Shown piece after piece: positions 35,400-44,228 of a stretch of 64,000 bases of DNA. A program made the translations under genes and the position numbers. Numbering within the stretch: the stretch's first letter is position 1; each line of letters starts with the position of its first letter. A model generated the notes under the pieces. It saw only the letters and a program-made list of their open reading frames with translations. It searched no databases and was not told where the DNA came from. Location of the stretch: NCBI GenBank assembly GCA_964406075.1, contig CAYOQI010000001.1:133015-197014 (forward strand). Direction: 5' to 3'. This DNA is from an uncultured Pseudomonadales bacterium (GTDB lineage Bacteria > Patescibacteriota > Microgenomatia > UBA1400 > PJMF01).

Positions 35400-36797
35400 T
35401 TATTTTCTAATTGTTAGCTTCGCTTCCTTCAACTGTTCCTCACTCACCACACTTGGAGCATCCATGACTGAGGTTCGACCAGTTGAAGTCATTGGGAAAG
35501 CCACACTTTCTTTCATTGAAGTTTCACCCGATAACACCATCACCAAACGATCGAGTCCTAACGCAATTCCACCGTGTGGAGGAGTTCCCAACTCAAAGGC
35601 TTCGAGCATGTGACCTATACTGTCTTGGATTTCTTGATCAGAATATCCCATGATTTTGAAGGTGTTTTTTAACACTTCAGGATCATGAGCTCGGATACTT
35701 CCACCGCCGACTTCAAAACCATTACATACCAAGTCATATTGTGCTGTGATAATTTGATCTAAGTTTTCTTGATTTTTGTGCCAGTCTTTATGTTCAGGCA
35801 TTGGCGCACTGAAAGGATTATGAGTGAATGTCCAACCACTTTTGCCATCACGTACCTCAGCGGCATCACCTTTATCCACTTTTTTGAAAAATGGAAAATC
35901 GACTACCCAAGCAAATGCCAAAGTCCCGTCTTTTTTCTCTTCTTCCGAACGAATATCGAATCGATCGGCTCCATACTTCTCCATCGCATCTTTATAGGAA
36001 ATAACTGGGAATTGTTGATGTTGCAACTTTCCACCCACGGCTTTGACTGCTTCTTTTACGACATCTTCGATCGTGTTTATGACTTCATCACGTTCGACAA
36101 AACTCATTTCGACGTCGACTTGAGTTAATTCAAACCCTCGATCTGCACGTAAATCTTCATCTCGGAAACATCGAGCAATTTGAAAATATCGTTCAAATCC
36201 AGCCGTCATTAAAAGTTGCTTATATTGCTGAGGACTTTGTGGAAGTGCATAAAATTTGCCGGCTTGGAAACGAGATGGCACGATAAAGTCGCGAGCACCT
36301 TCTTTGGTAGATTTGGTTAAGATTGGTGTTTCAATTTCTACAAATTCTCGTTGATAAAAAGCATCGGAAATTGCGCGAGTGAAAGCTGAACGTAATCGAA
36401 TATTTTTCTGCAAACGTGCCCGACGTAAATCCAGATATCGATATCTCAACCGAGATTCTTCATTGATTTCATACCCCTCACTGTTTAAAGAGATCGGCAA
36501 CTCTACTGCTTTGTTTAAGACTGTGTAGGATTGAACATCAACTTCGATTGTTCCAGTTTCAAGTTCGGCATTGACCATTTTTGGTGGACGTTCTTTGACC
36601 AAACCAACAATCTCAATCACTGATTCAGTAGTCAGCTCTCCCATTTTTTGAAAACCCACACATTGAACGGTGCCTGATCGGTCTCGTAAATCGATAAAGG
36701 TCAGTTTGCCATGATCACGTTTGGTTTCTACCCAACCTTTGAGCACAATTTCTTGTCCAATTTTTTGAAGACTTTCTTTGATTAAAGTACGTTCCAT
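35400..36797 (-). CDS. aspS: Aspartate--tRNA ligase
   Basis: Motifs FIDLRDRSG, FQIARCFRDEDLRADR and GGGSIRAHD...PPHGGIALGLDRL. Start moved to ATG 36797 (MERTLIKES...), which has GGAGAG upstream. The track's TTG at 36875 adds 26 non-conserved residues. Confidence 0.9.
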   Translation of the reverse strand: MERTLIKESLQKIGQEIVLKGWVETKRDHGKLTFIDLRDRSGTVQCVGFQKMGELTTESVIEIVGLVKERPPKMVNAELETGTIEVDVQSYTVLNKAVELPISLNSEGYEINEESRLRYRYLDLRRARLQKNIRLRSAFTRAISDAFYQREFVEIETPILTKSTKEGARDFIVPSRFQAGKFYALPQSPQQYKQLLMTAGFERYFQIARCFRDEDLRADRGFELTQVDVEMSFVERDEVINTIEDVVKEAVKAVGGKLQHQQFPVISYKDAMEKYGADRFDIRSEEEKKDGTLAFAWVVDFPFFKKVDKGDAAEVRDGKSGWTFTHNPFSAPMPEHKDWHKNQENLDQIITAQYDLVCNGFEVGGGSIRAHDPEVLKNTFKIMGYSDQEIQDSIGHMLEAFELGTPPHGGIALGLDRLVMVLSGETSMKESVAFPMTSTGRTSVMDAPSVVSEEQLKEAKLTIRK

Positions 36798-36894
36798 ATG
36801 TTCTTTCTCTCCACTAGAGGGTGATTGAATCACTATTGTATCATCTTCGTGAAACGAAAAAAGTGAACTCGCCAAGTACTTTCAGGTTTCTGTG

Positions 36895-36922
36895 TTGACA
36901 ACAAGCCCAAGGGGAGTAAAAT
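36895..36922 (+). promoter_or_regulatory. Sigma70-type promoter TTGACA-N16-TAAAAT
   Basis: TTGACA at 36895-36900, a 16-nt spacer, then TAAAAT at 36917-36922. Predicted TSS near 36929. Confidence 0.55.
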
Positions 36923-36935
36923 TGACAACATCTTT

Positions 36936-37067
36936 ATGACAGTATCTCGTATTATTATCGTCAATCATTTTAATCTTCTTTGGAAGGTTGGGGTTGATGT
37001 GAGGTAATACAAGTTACCAAATGAGAAAAGTCATCAACCCCACCAACAAAGGTGGGGTTTTTGTTTT
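36936..37067 (+). promoter_or_regulatory. Leader-peptide attenuator candidate (antiterminator/terminator switch)
   Basis: Leader ORF 36936-37007: MTVSRIIIVNHFNLLWKVGVDVR. Antiterminator stem GGGGTTGATG (36990-99) pairs with CATCAACCCC (37032-41). Terminator AACCCCACC (37036-44) pairs with GGTGGGGTT (37051-59), followed by a T-run. The two stems share 37036-41. Confidence 0.5.
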
Positions 37068-37168
37068 CTCAAAGAGAATTGCTTAATGATTGATCACCAA
37101 TAAGCGAATCTCAAAAAATTAAAAACTATTTGCTTTCAGAGAAAGCAAAAATTATAAAAGGAGCCTAT

Positions 37169-37378
37169 ATGGCACAAGCAAATGAAAGTGAAAAGTCAGT
37201 GTATAAAGGCGGAACAGGAAGTTCAAGAGTTTCAACTCAAGAGTTCGAAGCTCAGGTAAAAGCTGCAGAAGAAGCATTTGATACAAAAAGGATGCAAAGA
37301 ACTCCTGAAGAAAAAGGTATGGTAGCAGTTTATGCAGGAGGAGCACAGCCCACTTGGAAAAATAGAGATTCTGTCTAA
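37169..37378 (+). CDS. Small hydrophilic hypothetical protein (69 aa)
   Basis: AAAGGAG lies 6 nt upstream of ATG 37169. Translation starts MAQANESEKSVYKGG... The track's TTG start at 37130 is judged less likely. Confidence 0.55.
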   Translation: MAQANESEKSVYKGGTGSSRVSTQEFEAQVKAAEEAFDTKRMQRTPEEKGMVAVYAGGAQPTWKNRDSV

Positions 37379-37620
37379 ATAATTTTTTGTTTTTTTCACT
37401 CACCTAATTGAAAAATTGGGTGAGGAGTAAAGAATAAAATATAAATTTTTATTACATACAAATTTTGAAAACATTGATTAAATAAATGATCGATGCTTTC
37501 AGGATTTGTTCCCACTAAAATGGGAGATGCCTGGTATTTTATTCTCCTTTCGACACGAAAGGAGGAATGGAATAGTCTTTGTTCATTTTTGAAGTTAAAT
37601 TAATGATCAGGATAAATAAG

Positions 37621-37791
37621 ATGGCAAAAGTGAAGTGCATTATGTGTGTGAGCGGTGTTGTGGATCAAAACGATCCTGATGCAAAATGGACACAGATGTG
37701 CCCTCGATGTTTGGCAAAGCTAAAAAAACAAGCTGAAACCTACACGAGTCCAAAAATTGAAGTTCGTGAGCCAGCAAAAACTGGTAAATGA
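37621..37791 (+). CDS. Small zinc-ribbon protein (56 aa)
   Basis: MAKVKCIMC...CPRC gives two CxxC pairs. An AGGA box lies upstream and a strong terminator follows. The track start at 37579 is judged less likely. Confidence 0.55.
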   Translation: MAKVKCIMCVSGVVDQNDPDAKWTQMCPRCLAKLKKQAETYTSPKIEVREPAKTGK

Positions 37792-37802
37792 ACGTCACAT
37801 AG

Positions 37803-37835
37803 GCCGGGGTTCACAAACCCCGGCTTTTCTTTTTT
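37803..37835 (+). terminator. Rho-independent terminator
   Basis: GCCGGGGttcacaaaCCCCGGC followed by TTTTCTTTTTT. Confidence 0.8.
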
Positions 37836-37838
37836 AAA

Positions 37839-39518
37839 TTAAATATTTTCAGATATTTTTGCATCCTTCAGGATCATCTGCATCGACGTATTTCCATGCC
37901 AAACATTCAGACCTAAGGTTCCAGCAACATCAACAGTCATTCCGGTAAGCAATTGATCTTGACGTTCTCCCCAACCAAAAGCCAAGCAATCTAAAGGTTT
38001 CGTTTCACCATCTAGATCATTCGCGGATCGAAGAAGCAATTTCACATGCTTTCCTTCACGACCAATTACTTTACTCTGAAGAATTTTCATATTTCTGAGA
38101 GCAAAAACTGGCTCGACATTGCCATTGCCAAACGGTGCCATTTTTTCTAAAAATTGAATAAATTCTAATGTGACTAATATCGGATTCAATTCCACTTCTA
38201 CAGTCAAACTTGGAGTGAGCATCTCTGCACTGATCTCAGATTTCGCTAGTGCAAATAGTTTTTGTTGCACAATTTCTACTTTTTCAGGAAGCAAACCAAA
38301 TCCTGCCGCCATTGGATGTCCACCGACTTCAAGTAAATCATCACGAACGGTCCGAATAAATTCCACAATATTCACCCCGGCCACACTTCGGGCGGAAGCT
38401 TTGACAAAGGTCTCACCAATGCTCATGACAATTGCCGGTTTGTAGTACTCCTCGACCATTTTTCCCGCGATCAACCCAATCACACCCTCGTGATAATCTG
38501 GTGAAGCAAGGATAACTACATGTTCATTTTCCCAAGTCTTGGCTTGAAGTCGAGCATTATCAACCATTTCCCAAGTCAAACCTTGGCGTTCGGTATTGGT
38601 GGTATGAAGCAAGGAAGCTAGTCGTTGAATTTCGCTTGGATCATCACTAACTAACGCATGAAAAGCATCGGTGGCAGAACTTAAACGCCCCATGGCGTTA
38701 ATGCGCGGTCCGATCACAAAATTAATACTTTTTTCATTGATTTCACCTTGGTGAATATTCGCAAGTTGGCAAAGCTCAACTAATGCTGGTCGCTTGGTGG
38801 TCTGTAATGCTTTTATTCCGAAAGATGCAAAACTGCGATTGGCGTGCAGTAACGGCATTTGATCCGAGATGGTAGCGATTCCGCATAAATCTAGCGTTCG
38901 TTCAGTTGATTTCGATTTCAATGCTCTGGCTAAAAACCATGCCACGGTTGTCCCACAAAGCTGAGTGGTGTGAACGAAAGCATGTGCATTTGGAAATAAA
39001 AATTCTCCTGGGTGTTCCACATCTAATTCAGGCGAATGATGATCAGTGATAATTACATCTATACCCTGCTTAACTATTTTGTTCACCGCCTCATGAGCGA
39101 CAATGCCGTTGTCTACAGTGATGATCAAATCAGGTTTTGAGTTTTCCAATAATGAACCAAGCGAGCGATCTGACATGCCATAGCCATGTTTAGCTCGATC
39201 TGGGATGAAAACACGTGCTTCTAAACCAAGATCCTTTAAGGCTTCCCACAACACCGCTGTGGCACACACACCGTCTGCATCGTAATCACCAAAAATCACC
39301 ACGTCTTCTTTCTTTTCAATCGCTTTTTCAATTCGAGAAACCGCTTTTTGAAGTTTTTTTTCATCAATGCCCACATCAGATGGAAGGAGATCTAAAGGCG
39401 AAGGAGTAGCAAAAAACTCTTTGGTTTCTTCGGCTGAGATATGACGATTATTGAGTAAAACCCGAATGACTTCTTTATGGGTTTGATAGTTTTCTTCAGA
39501 TAAAATTTCCCAGAGCAT
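37839..39518 (-). CDS. recJ: Single-stranded-DNA-specific exonuclease RecJ
   Basis: DHH-family motifs IFGDYDADGV, TVDNG and ITDHHSP, plus the DHHA1 block GGHPMAAG. Confidence 0.9.
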   Translation of the reverse strand: MLWEILSEENYQTHKEVIRVLLNNRHISAEETKEFFATPSPLDLLPSDVGIDEKKLQKAVSRIEKAIEKKEDVVIFGDYDADGVCATAVLWEALKDLGLEARVFIPDRAKHGYGMSDRSLGSLLENSKPDLIITVDNGIVAHEAVNKIVKQGIDVIITDHHSPELDVEHPGEFLFPNAHAFVHTTQLCGTTVAWFLARALKSKSTERTLDLCGIATISDQMPLLHANRSFASFGIKALQTTKRPALVELCQLANIHQGEINEKSINFVIGPRINAMGRLSSATDAFHALVSDDPSEIQRLASLLHTTNTERQGLTWEMVDNARLQAKTWENEHVVILASPDYHEGVIGLIAGKMVEEYYKPAIVMSIGETFVKASARSVAGVNIVEFIRTVRDDLLEVGGHPMAAGFGLLPEKVEIVQQKLFALAKSEISAEMLTPSLTVEVELNPILVTLEFIQFLEKMAPFGNGNVEPVFALRNMKILQSKVIGREGKHVKLLLRSANDLDGETKPLDCLAFGWGERQDQLLTGMTVDVAGTLGLNVWHGNTSMQMILKDAKISENI

Positions 39519-39525
39519 AAGCCAT

Positions 39526-39531
39526 AGTATA
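39526..39531 (-). promoter_or_regulatory. -10 box TATACT, 7 nt upstream of the recJ ATG
   Basis: The minus strand reads TATACT-atggctt-ATG(39518). No Shine-Dalgarno. Confidence 0.35.
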
Positions 39532-39575
39532 ACGCATAGTTTAGGGACTAGGTTCTAGGGGATAGATATTAAGGT

Positions 39576-39710
39576 TGTCATTTCCCACCTTGGGAGAAAA
39601 CATCTGGTGATAACCAGATAAATGAGGGGAAGCAGAGAAGTACTCCCTCACGGCCTGGATTACCATGCTTCTCTCCCCAAGGAGAGAGGATTACATGCTC
39701 GGGGATGACA
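39576..39710. repeat. ORF-less long imperfect palindrome with TGTCAT.../...GGATGACA termini (copy D, divergent)
   Basis: TGTCATTTCCCACCTTGGGAGAAAA...TTCTCTCCCCAAGGAGAGAGG...CTCGGGGATGACA. A second GGATGACA lies at 39717-39724. Confidence 0.6.
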
Positions 39711-39730
39711 AAAAAAGGATGACAAATGCC

Positions 39731-39758
39731 TTGATTTTTTACTACTATAGGATATAAT
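39731..39758 (+). promoter_or_regulatory. Sigma70-type promoter TTGATT-N16-TATAAT
   Basis: TTGATT at 39731-36 and TATAAT at 39753-58, upstream of the small ORF at 39786. Confidence 0.55.
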
Positions 39759-39785
39759 CAACACACTGATTAAGAGGAGATAAAA

Positions 39786-39959
39786 ATGAAAGTGCCAGAA
39801 AAAGTCGGTCGAGTATTTGCAGTCCAGCTTTTAGCTGGAACTGTCTTCATCCTGGGGGCACTTGTTGCCATCATTAACAATGAAGACAGCGCAACGTTTA
39901 TTGTAGTGGGTTTGGCCCTAATGGCCATAGCCCCACTGTTAAAGTACTTACCTGATTAA
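39786..39959 (+). CDS. Unannotated small membrane protein (57 aa, 2 TM)
   Basis: Below the ORF-track cutoff. AAGAGGAG lies 7 nt upstream of the ATG. Translation: MKVPEKVGRVFAVQLLAGTVFILGALVAIINNEDSATFIVVGLALMAIAPLLKYLPD. It has its own promoter and terminator. Confidence 0.6.
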   Translation: MKVPEKVGRVFAVQLLAGTVFILGALVAIINNEDSATFIVVGLALMAIAPLLKYLPD

Positions 39960-39979
39960 TCATTTGGTTCGTGCACCCG

Positions 39980-40007
39980 CCGCCCTCCCAAAGGGCGGTT
40001 TTTTTTT
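39980..40007 (+). terminator. Rho-independent terminator
   Basis: CCGCCCtcccaaaGGGCGG followed by T9. Confidence 0.8.
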
Positions 40008-40050
40008 GCTTAATTAAGGATATTGTCTTTAACTTATACCCCTCTATTAA

Positions 40051-40078
40051 TCTCTCCCCAAAGGGAGAGAAATTTTTT
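40051..40078 (+). terminator. Second terminator-like hairpin
   Basis: TCTCTCCCcaaaGGGAGAGA followed by AATTTTTT. Confidence 0.5.
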
Positions 40079-40079
40079 G

Positions 40080-40088
40080 TGTTAACAT
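40080..40088 (+). promoter_or_regulatory. Extended -10 box TGtTAACAT, 6 nt upstream of the cca ATG
   Basis: TGTTAACAT-aatgcc-ATG(40095). No Shine-Dalgarno. Confidence 0.35.
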
Positions 40089-40094
40089 AATGCC

Positions 40095-41684
40095 ATGCAA
40101 CTCACTGTTCCAATCGACGTTTTACACCTTCTTCACCATTTAAAAGAACATGGTTTTCAAGCCTATATCGTGGGAGGTTCAGTTCGAGATTTGCTCATGG
40201 GAAATGAAAAACCGAACGATTGGGATTTCACCACCAATGCAAAGCCAGAAGAAATTCAAAAACTTTTCCCGGAAAGTTTTTACGAAAATGAATTTGGGAC
40301 AGTGGCGATAACCAGAAAACATATCGCAGAGCAGTTTGGACTACCACAACTTACTCAAGCAAATATGATGAAGCGAGAATCAGAGGTTAGAGATCAGGGA
40401 CTAGGGGCTAGAACTATTGATTTGGAAAGTGCCACCAAAATCCATACTTCTTTATCAGAACCATCCTTAGAGACAGATGCTTTTCAGGATGAAAGCGATG
40501 TTGACGATTTATTTGAAATTACTACTTTCCGATCAGATGGAATTTACACAGATCACAGAAGACCTGAGGAAGTGACATGGGGGAAAACTCTCGAAGAAGA
40601 TTTAGCCCGCAGAGATTTTACGATTAATGCGATGGCTATAGAGATAAATTCCAATGTTCAAATTCCAAATGCCAAAGATAGCTCAACGTTTGCTGAAACC
40701 TTTAACCTTGAACCAAGTGCCTATACTCTCATTGATCCGTACAACGGTGTTCAAGATTTAGAGGATAAAATCATTCGGACCGTCGGAGATCCACATGTGC
40801 GATTTCAAGAAGATGCACTCCGTATGATTCGAGCCATTCGACTTTCAACTCAATTACTTTTCGAAATTGAGTCACAAACGTTAGAAGCAATTTCACAACA
40901 CGCATCAACACTTGTACATATCAGTGCCGAACGCATTCGAGATGAGTTCCTAAAAATGCTGGCTAGTGATTCTCCAGTGGAAGCCATACTTCAGTTGGAG
41001 AAAGTGAATCTTTTACAAATTTTACTTCCTGAATTACTCGAAGCAAAAAATATTGAACAAGGTGGACATCACACCACGAATGTCTGGGAACACTCCCTCG
41101 CCTCACTCGAAAACTGCCCGTCACCTGATCCAATCGTTCGATTTGCAACATTGATTCATGACATTGCAAAACCTCGAACTCAAGGCCGAAATGGCAATAC
41201 AATCACTTTTTATAATCATGAAATTGTCGGCGCTCGCATCGCCAAAGATATTGCGTACAGGTTTAAACTCTCCAAAAAAGATATCAACCGTATGTACATT
41301 CTGGTTCGATACCACATGTTCTACTATCAGCCAGAAAACACTGATGCATCCATTCGACGGTTCATGAGAAAAGTCGGATTAGAAAATATAAACGACATTA
41401 TTGATTTGAGAATTGGTGATCGACTTGGAAGTGGCGCACGAGAAACAAGTTGGCGATTGGAAGAAATGAAAAAAAGGATGCAAGAACAACTGAATCAGCC
41501 GTTTGATGTCAATGATTTGGCTATTGATGGAAATGATTTGATGAAAGAATTCAACTTGAAACCCGGACCTCAAATCGGAAAAATCCTCCATACGTTGTTT
41601 GAAGAAGTGTTGGAAAAACCTGAATTGAATACGAGGGAAATATTGTTGGAGAAGGCAGACAAACTAATTAATCGATCCTCTTGA
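40095..41684 (+). CDS. cca: CCA-adding enzyme / tRNA nucleotidyltransferase with HD domain
   Basis: AYIVGGSVRDLLMG..DWDFTT, ITTFRSDGIYTDHRRP, RDFTINA, and HD-domain blocks HSLASL...LIHDIAKP. An insertion of about 60 aa lies between the GTV and TTFR blocks. Confidence 0.85.
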   Translation: MQLTVPIDVLHLLHHLKEHGFQAYIVGGSVRDLLMGNEKPNDWDFTTNAKPEEIQKLFPESFYENEFGTVAITRKHIAEQFGLPQLTQANMMKRESEVRDQGLGARTIDLESATKIHTSLSEPSLETDAFQDESDVDDLFEITTFRSDGIYTDHRRPEEVTWGKTLEEDLARRDFTINAMAIEINSNVQIPNAKDSSTFAETFNLEPSAYTLIDPYNGVQDLEDKIIRTVGDPHVRFQEDALRMIRAIRLSTQLLFEIESQTLEAISQHASTLVHISAERIRDEFLKMLASDSPVEAILQLEKVNLLQILLPELLEAKNIEQGGHHTTNVWEHSLASLENCPSPDPIVRFATLIHDIAKPRTQGRNGNTITFYNHEIVGARIAKDIAYRFKLSKKDINRMYILVRYHMFYYQPENTDASIRRFMRKVGLENINDIIDLRIGDRLGSGARETSWRLEEMKKRMQEQLNQPFDVNDLAIDGNDLMKEFNLKPGPQIGKILHTLFEEVLEKPELNTREILLEKADKLINRSS

Positions 41685-41885
41685 AGTACAACGAATCGTT
41701 AACGTTTTCCCTACTTTTGATAAAGAAAAATCTTTCTCTGAATTTTCTCCATTCACACTAATGAGGAAGTTAACCATTAGGAACCAATAGGAAAAATTTG
41801 CTCCTGGAATAACTAAACTTTCTCCAATTTTCATGATACGAACTTGACCTTGTGCTTCAGATAAATCCATATATTTTTTTACAAA

Positions 41886-42785
41886 TTATTTAGTTTTCTT
41901 CTTCAACTTCGTTTGAATATCTTCCCAAAGCAACATCAATGGAACTGCCGTAAAGGTCGAAGAATACGTTCCAGTAATTGAACCAATGAGGAGTGCCACC
42001 GCAAACCATCGTAATGTTTCACCTCCCAATAATACTAAGGAAGTTAACATCAAGATAATGGTCAAAGAATTATTAATCGAACGATTGACTGTCTGCAAAG
42101 CTGCCGTACTCGCGAGTTCGGAGAGTTTTACATTTGGATGTTTATGTCCAAGTTCTCGAATTCGATCAAAAACCACAATCGTATCGTGAACAGAGAATGA
42201 CAGTGTCGTCAAAATAGCAGTAACGAAAAGAACGTCTACTTCCACCCCTTTCCACCACCCCAACAAACTAAATGCACTCAATAAAATAAGCGTGTCATGA
42301 AACATCGCCAAAACTGCTGCTAAACCATACTTTAGTTCACTAAACTGTCGCATCAAAAAGATCATGATGATAATTGCGACAATCAGAATTCCGATAACCG
42401 TTTTGACCAACAACTCTCGTCCTAATACCGGCCCAACTGATTCGAATCTTTGTTCGTCAAACATTGGATATTTCCGTTCCAAGACAGCTTGAATTTCTTG
42501 TTTTTTTTCACTATTTATTTCTGCTGACCGAATCACAAAAGTTTCTTGATTTGTTTTTTGTACAGAAGTTACAGGTATAAATTGCTCAATATCCGCTTTC
42601 ACTTCCTCTGGAAGTAGCTCAGTTTGATCCGCTTTAATCATGCCTATTTCCCATAAAGATCCACCAGTGAAATCAATCGATGGTTTTACTTTGTATCGAG
42701 CTAAACTGTAGACACCAGGGATCAAAATAACTAAAGAAAATAGTAAAAAAAGCCAGTAGTGTTTAAAAATTGAAAATTTTTGCAT
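41886..42785 (-). CDS. secF: Protein translocase subunit SecF
   Basis: 299 aa. SIDFTGGSLWE, then 6 TM segments with HDTLILLSAFSLLG and DTIVVFDRIRE. Confidence 0.9.
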   Translation of the reverse strand: MQKFSIFKHYWLFLLFSLVILIPGVYSLARYKVKPSIDFTGGSLWEIGMIKADQTELLPEEVKADIEQFIPVTSVQKTNQETFVIRSAEINSEKKQEIQAVLERKYPMFDEQRFESVGPVLGRELLVKTVIGILIVAIIIMIFLMRQFSELKYGLAAVLAMFHDTLILLSAFSLLGWWKGVEVDVLFVTAILTTLSFSVHDTIVVFDRIRELGHKHPNVKLSELASTAALQTVNRSINNSLTIILMLTSLVLLGGETLRWFAVALLIGSITGTYSSTFTAVPLMLLWEDIQTKLKKKTK

Positions 42786-42787
42786 TT

Positions 42788-44155
42788 TTATTCTGATTTC
42801 AAACTGTACTCTTTTAGAAATAACCTCATGAATGTACGGGTGACAATCACACCTGTAAACAAACTAACTAAAACACCAAGTAATAATGTCACACCAAATC
42901 CCCGAACAAGACCACTACTGTTTAAAAATTGAAAGTTCAAAGGATTTATTAAAATCAAAGCGGTGAGTATCGTCGTAATATTGGCATCTTTAATACTATC
43001 CCAGGCTCGTCCAAATCCCAGCTGTAACGCAGTCTCAAATGGTTTTCCAACTCTCAATTCTTCTTTAATGCGTTCAAAAATTAAAATGTTGGCATCAACT
43101 GCCATACCTACTGATAACAGTAAACCCGCGATTCCTGGAAGTGTGACAGTAATCGATAATAACTTATACAATGCAACAGTAATGATGGCATAGATAATCA
43201 GAGCAATATCTGCAATTACCCCCTTCCAACCATAAACCAAAATCATAAAAAGCATGACCAACCCAATTCCAACAAGACCGGCTCGAACACTTTGTTGAAC
43301 GGATTCTTGACCAAGGCTCGCTCCAACTGCTCTTACTTCAATCGGAACAATCGGCACAGGAAGTGCTCCAGCATTTAACTGGATACTTAATTGTTTGGCA
43401 TCCTCAACTGAAAATTGTCCCGTAATACTTGCTTGCCCGGTTAAAATTGGATCATTAATAGTCGGAGTCATAACAGGGTAACCGTCGAGAAAAATTCCTA
43501 AAGCTTTTCCTCTATTCCCTTGAGTTATTTCTGCAAATTTTTTCGTGCCTTCTTCATTAAATTCCATACCGACTTGTGGTTGGCCTGTTTGCGGATCAAA
43601 TTGAACTGATGAGCGCTTGAGGTCAGCACCGGTTAAACCAGTTTCTTGAAATGAAGACAAAAATCCCATAGCCGATAACGTTGCTTCCGGGGTCATTTCA
43701 CCTTGCAAACGAAAATCGAGTTCAGCTGTGGTTCCGATGAGTTGAAGGGCTTGTTGTGGATCATCAACACCGGCTAGTTCGACAATAATTCGATAGTCGT
43801 ACGCTGATTTGGAGGTTTGAACCACTGGCTCACTCACACCGAATAAGTCGACCCGACGGAGAATCACTTCTCGTGCTGAAGCAAGTGCTACATCTCGATC
43901 CTCTTCTGGAAGTTGAGTCATGTCTGCTTGCAAGACGATCTGTGTTCCACCTTGAATATCTAAACCTTGTTTCAGCTCGAAGTCTTTTTGAAATTGTTTG
44001 CCAAAGAGGTTGAAGTTTATATTTGGACGAACCAAAGAAATCGTTTGATCTCTTCCCAAACGATTGAGAGGGATTTCCATTTTTTTTGGCAGAACAATAA
44101 ATCCAGCAAGAATGGTAATGATTACTATGAATATGAATCGTCGCCAGTATTTCAT
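42788..44155 (-). CDS. secD: Protein translocase subunit SecD
   Basis: 455 aa. LGLDIQGGT, a periplasmic domain, LTLPGIAGLLLSVGMAVDANILIFERIKEE. It lies immediately upstream of secF. Confidence 0.9.
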   Translation of the reverse strand: MKYWRRFIFIVIITILAGFIVLPKKMEIPLNRLGRDQTISLVRPNINFNLFGKQFQKDFELKQGLDIQGGTQIVLQADMTQLPEEDRDVALASAREVILRRVDLFGVSEPVVQTSKSAYDYRIIVELAGVDDPQQALQLIGTTAELDFRLQGEMTPEATLSAMGFLSSFQETGLTGADLKRSSVQFDPQTGQPQVGMEFNEEGTKKFAEITQGNRGKALGIFLDGYPVMTPTINDPILTGQASITGQFSVEDAKQLSIQLNAGALPVPIVPIEVRAVGASLGQESVQQSVRAGLVGIGLVMLFMILVYGWKGVIADIALIIYAIITVALYKLLSITVTLPGIAGLLLSVGMAVDANILIFERIKEELRVGKPFETALQLGFGRAWDSIKDANITTILTALILINPLNFQFLNSSGLVRGFGVTLLLGVLVSLFTGVIVTRTFMRLFLKEYSLKSE

Positions 44156-44228
44156 AAACTCAATTTTTAAATTCCCAAAAAAAAATAAAAAAAACCACTA
44201 CTGGAATTTTAAACTTAAAATTTGGAAT

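Noticed and set aside
36798-37100. TTG-extended aspS start at 36875, and the idea of a T-box leader upstream of aspS on the minus strand.
   Set aside because: The conserved AspRS N-terminus begins at MERTLIKES (36797), which has a GGAG box. On the minus strand the hairpins lack a following U-run and I see no T-box consensus. The structures make sense only on the + strand, as the attenuator finding.
39543-40405. Shared 10-mer AGGGACTAGG (39543-52 and 40396-405), suggesting a repeat inserted into cca.
   Set aside because: Similarity decays immediately outside the 10-mer. By my rough estimate, exact 10-mer matches are expected many times by chance in 64 kb.
41664-41870. 68-aa minus-strand ORF between cca and secF, with a faint cupin-like stretch (IMKIGESLVIPGANFSYWF).
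   Set aside because: It overlaps the cca 3' end, has no SD or promoter, and is too short for a cupin barrel. It may be a gene remnant but is not supportable.
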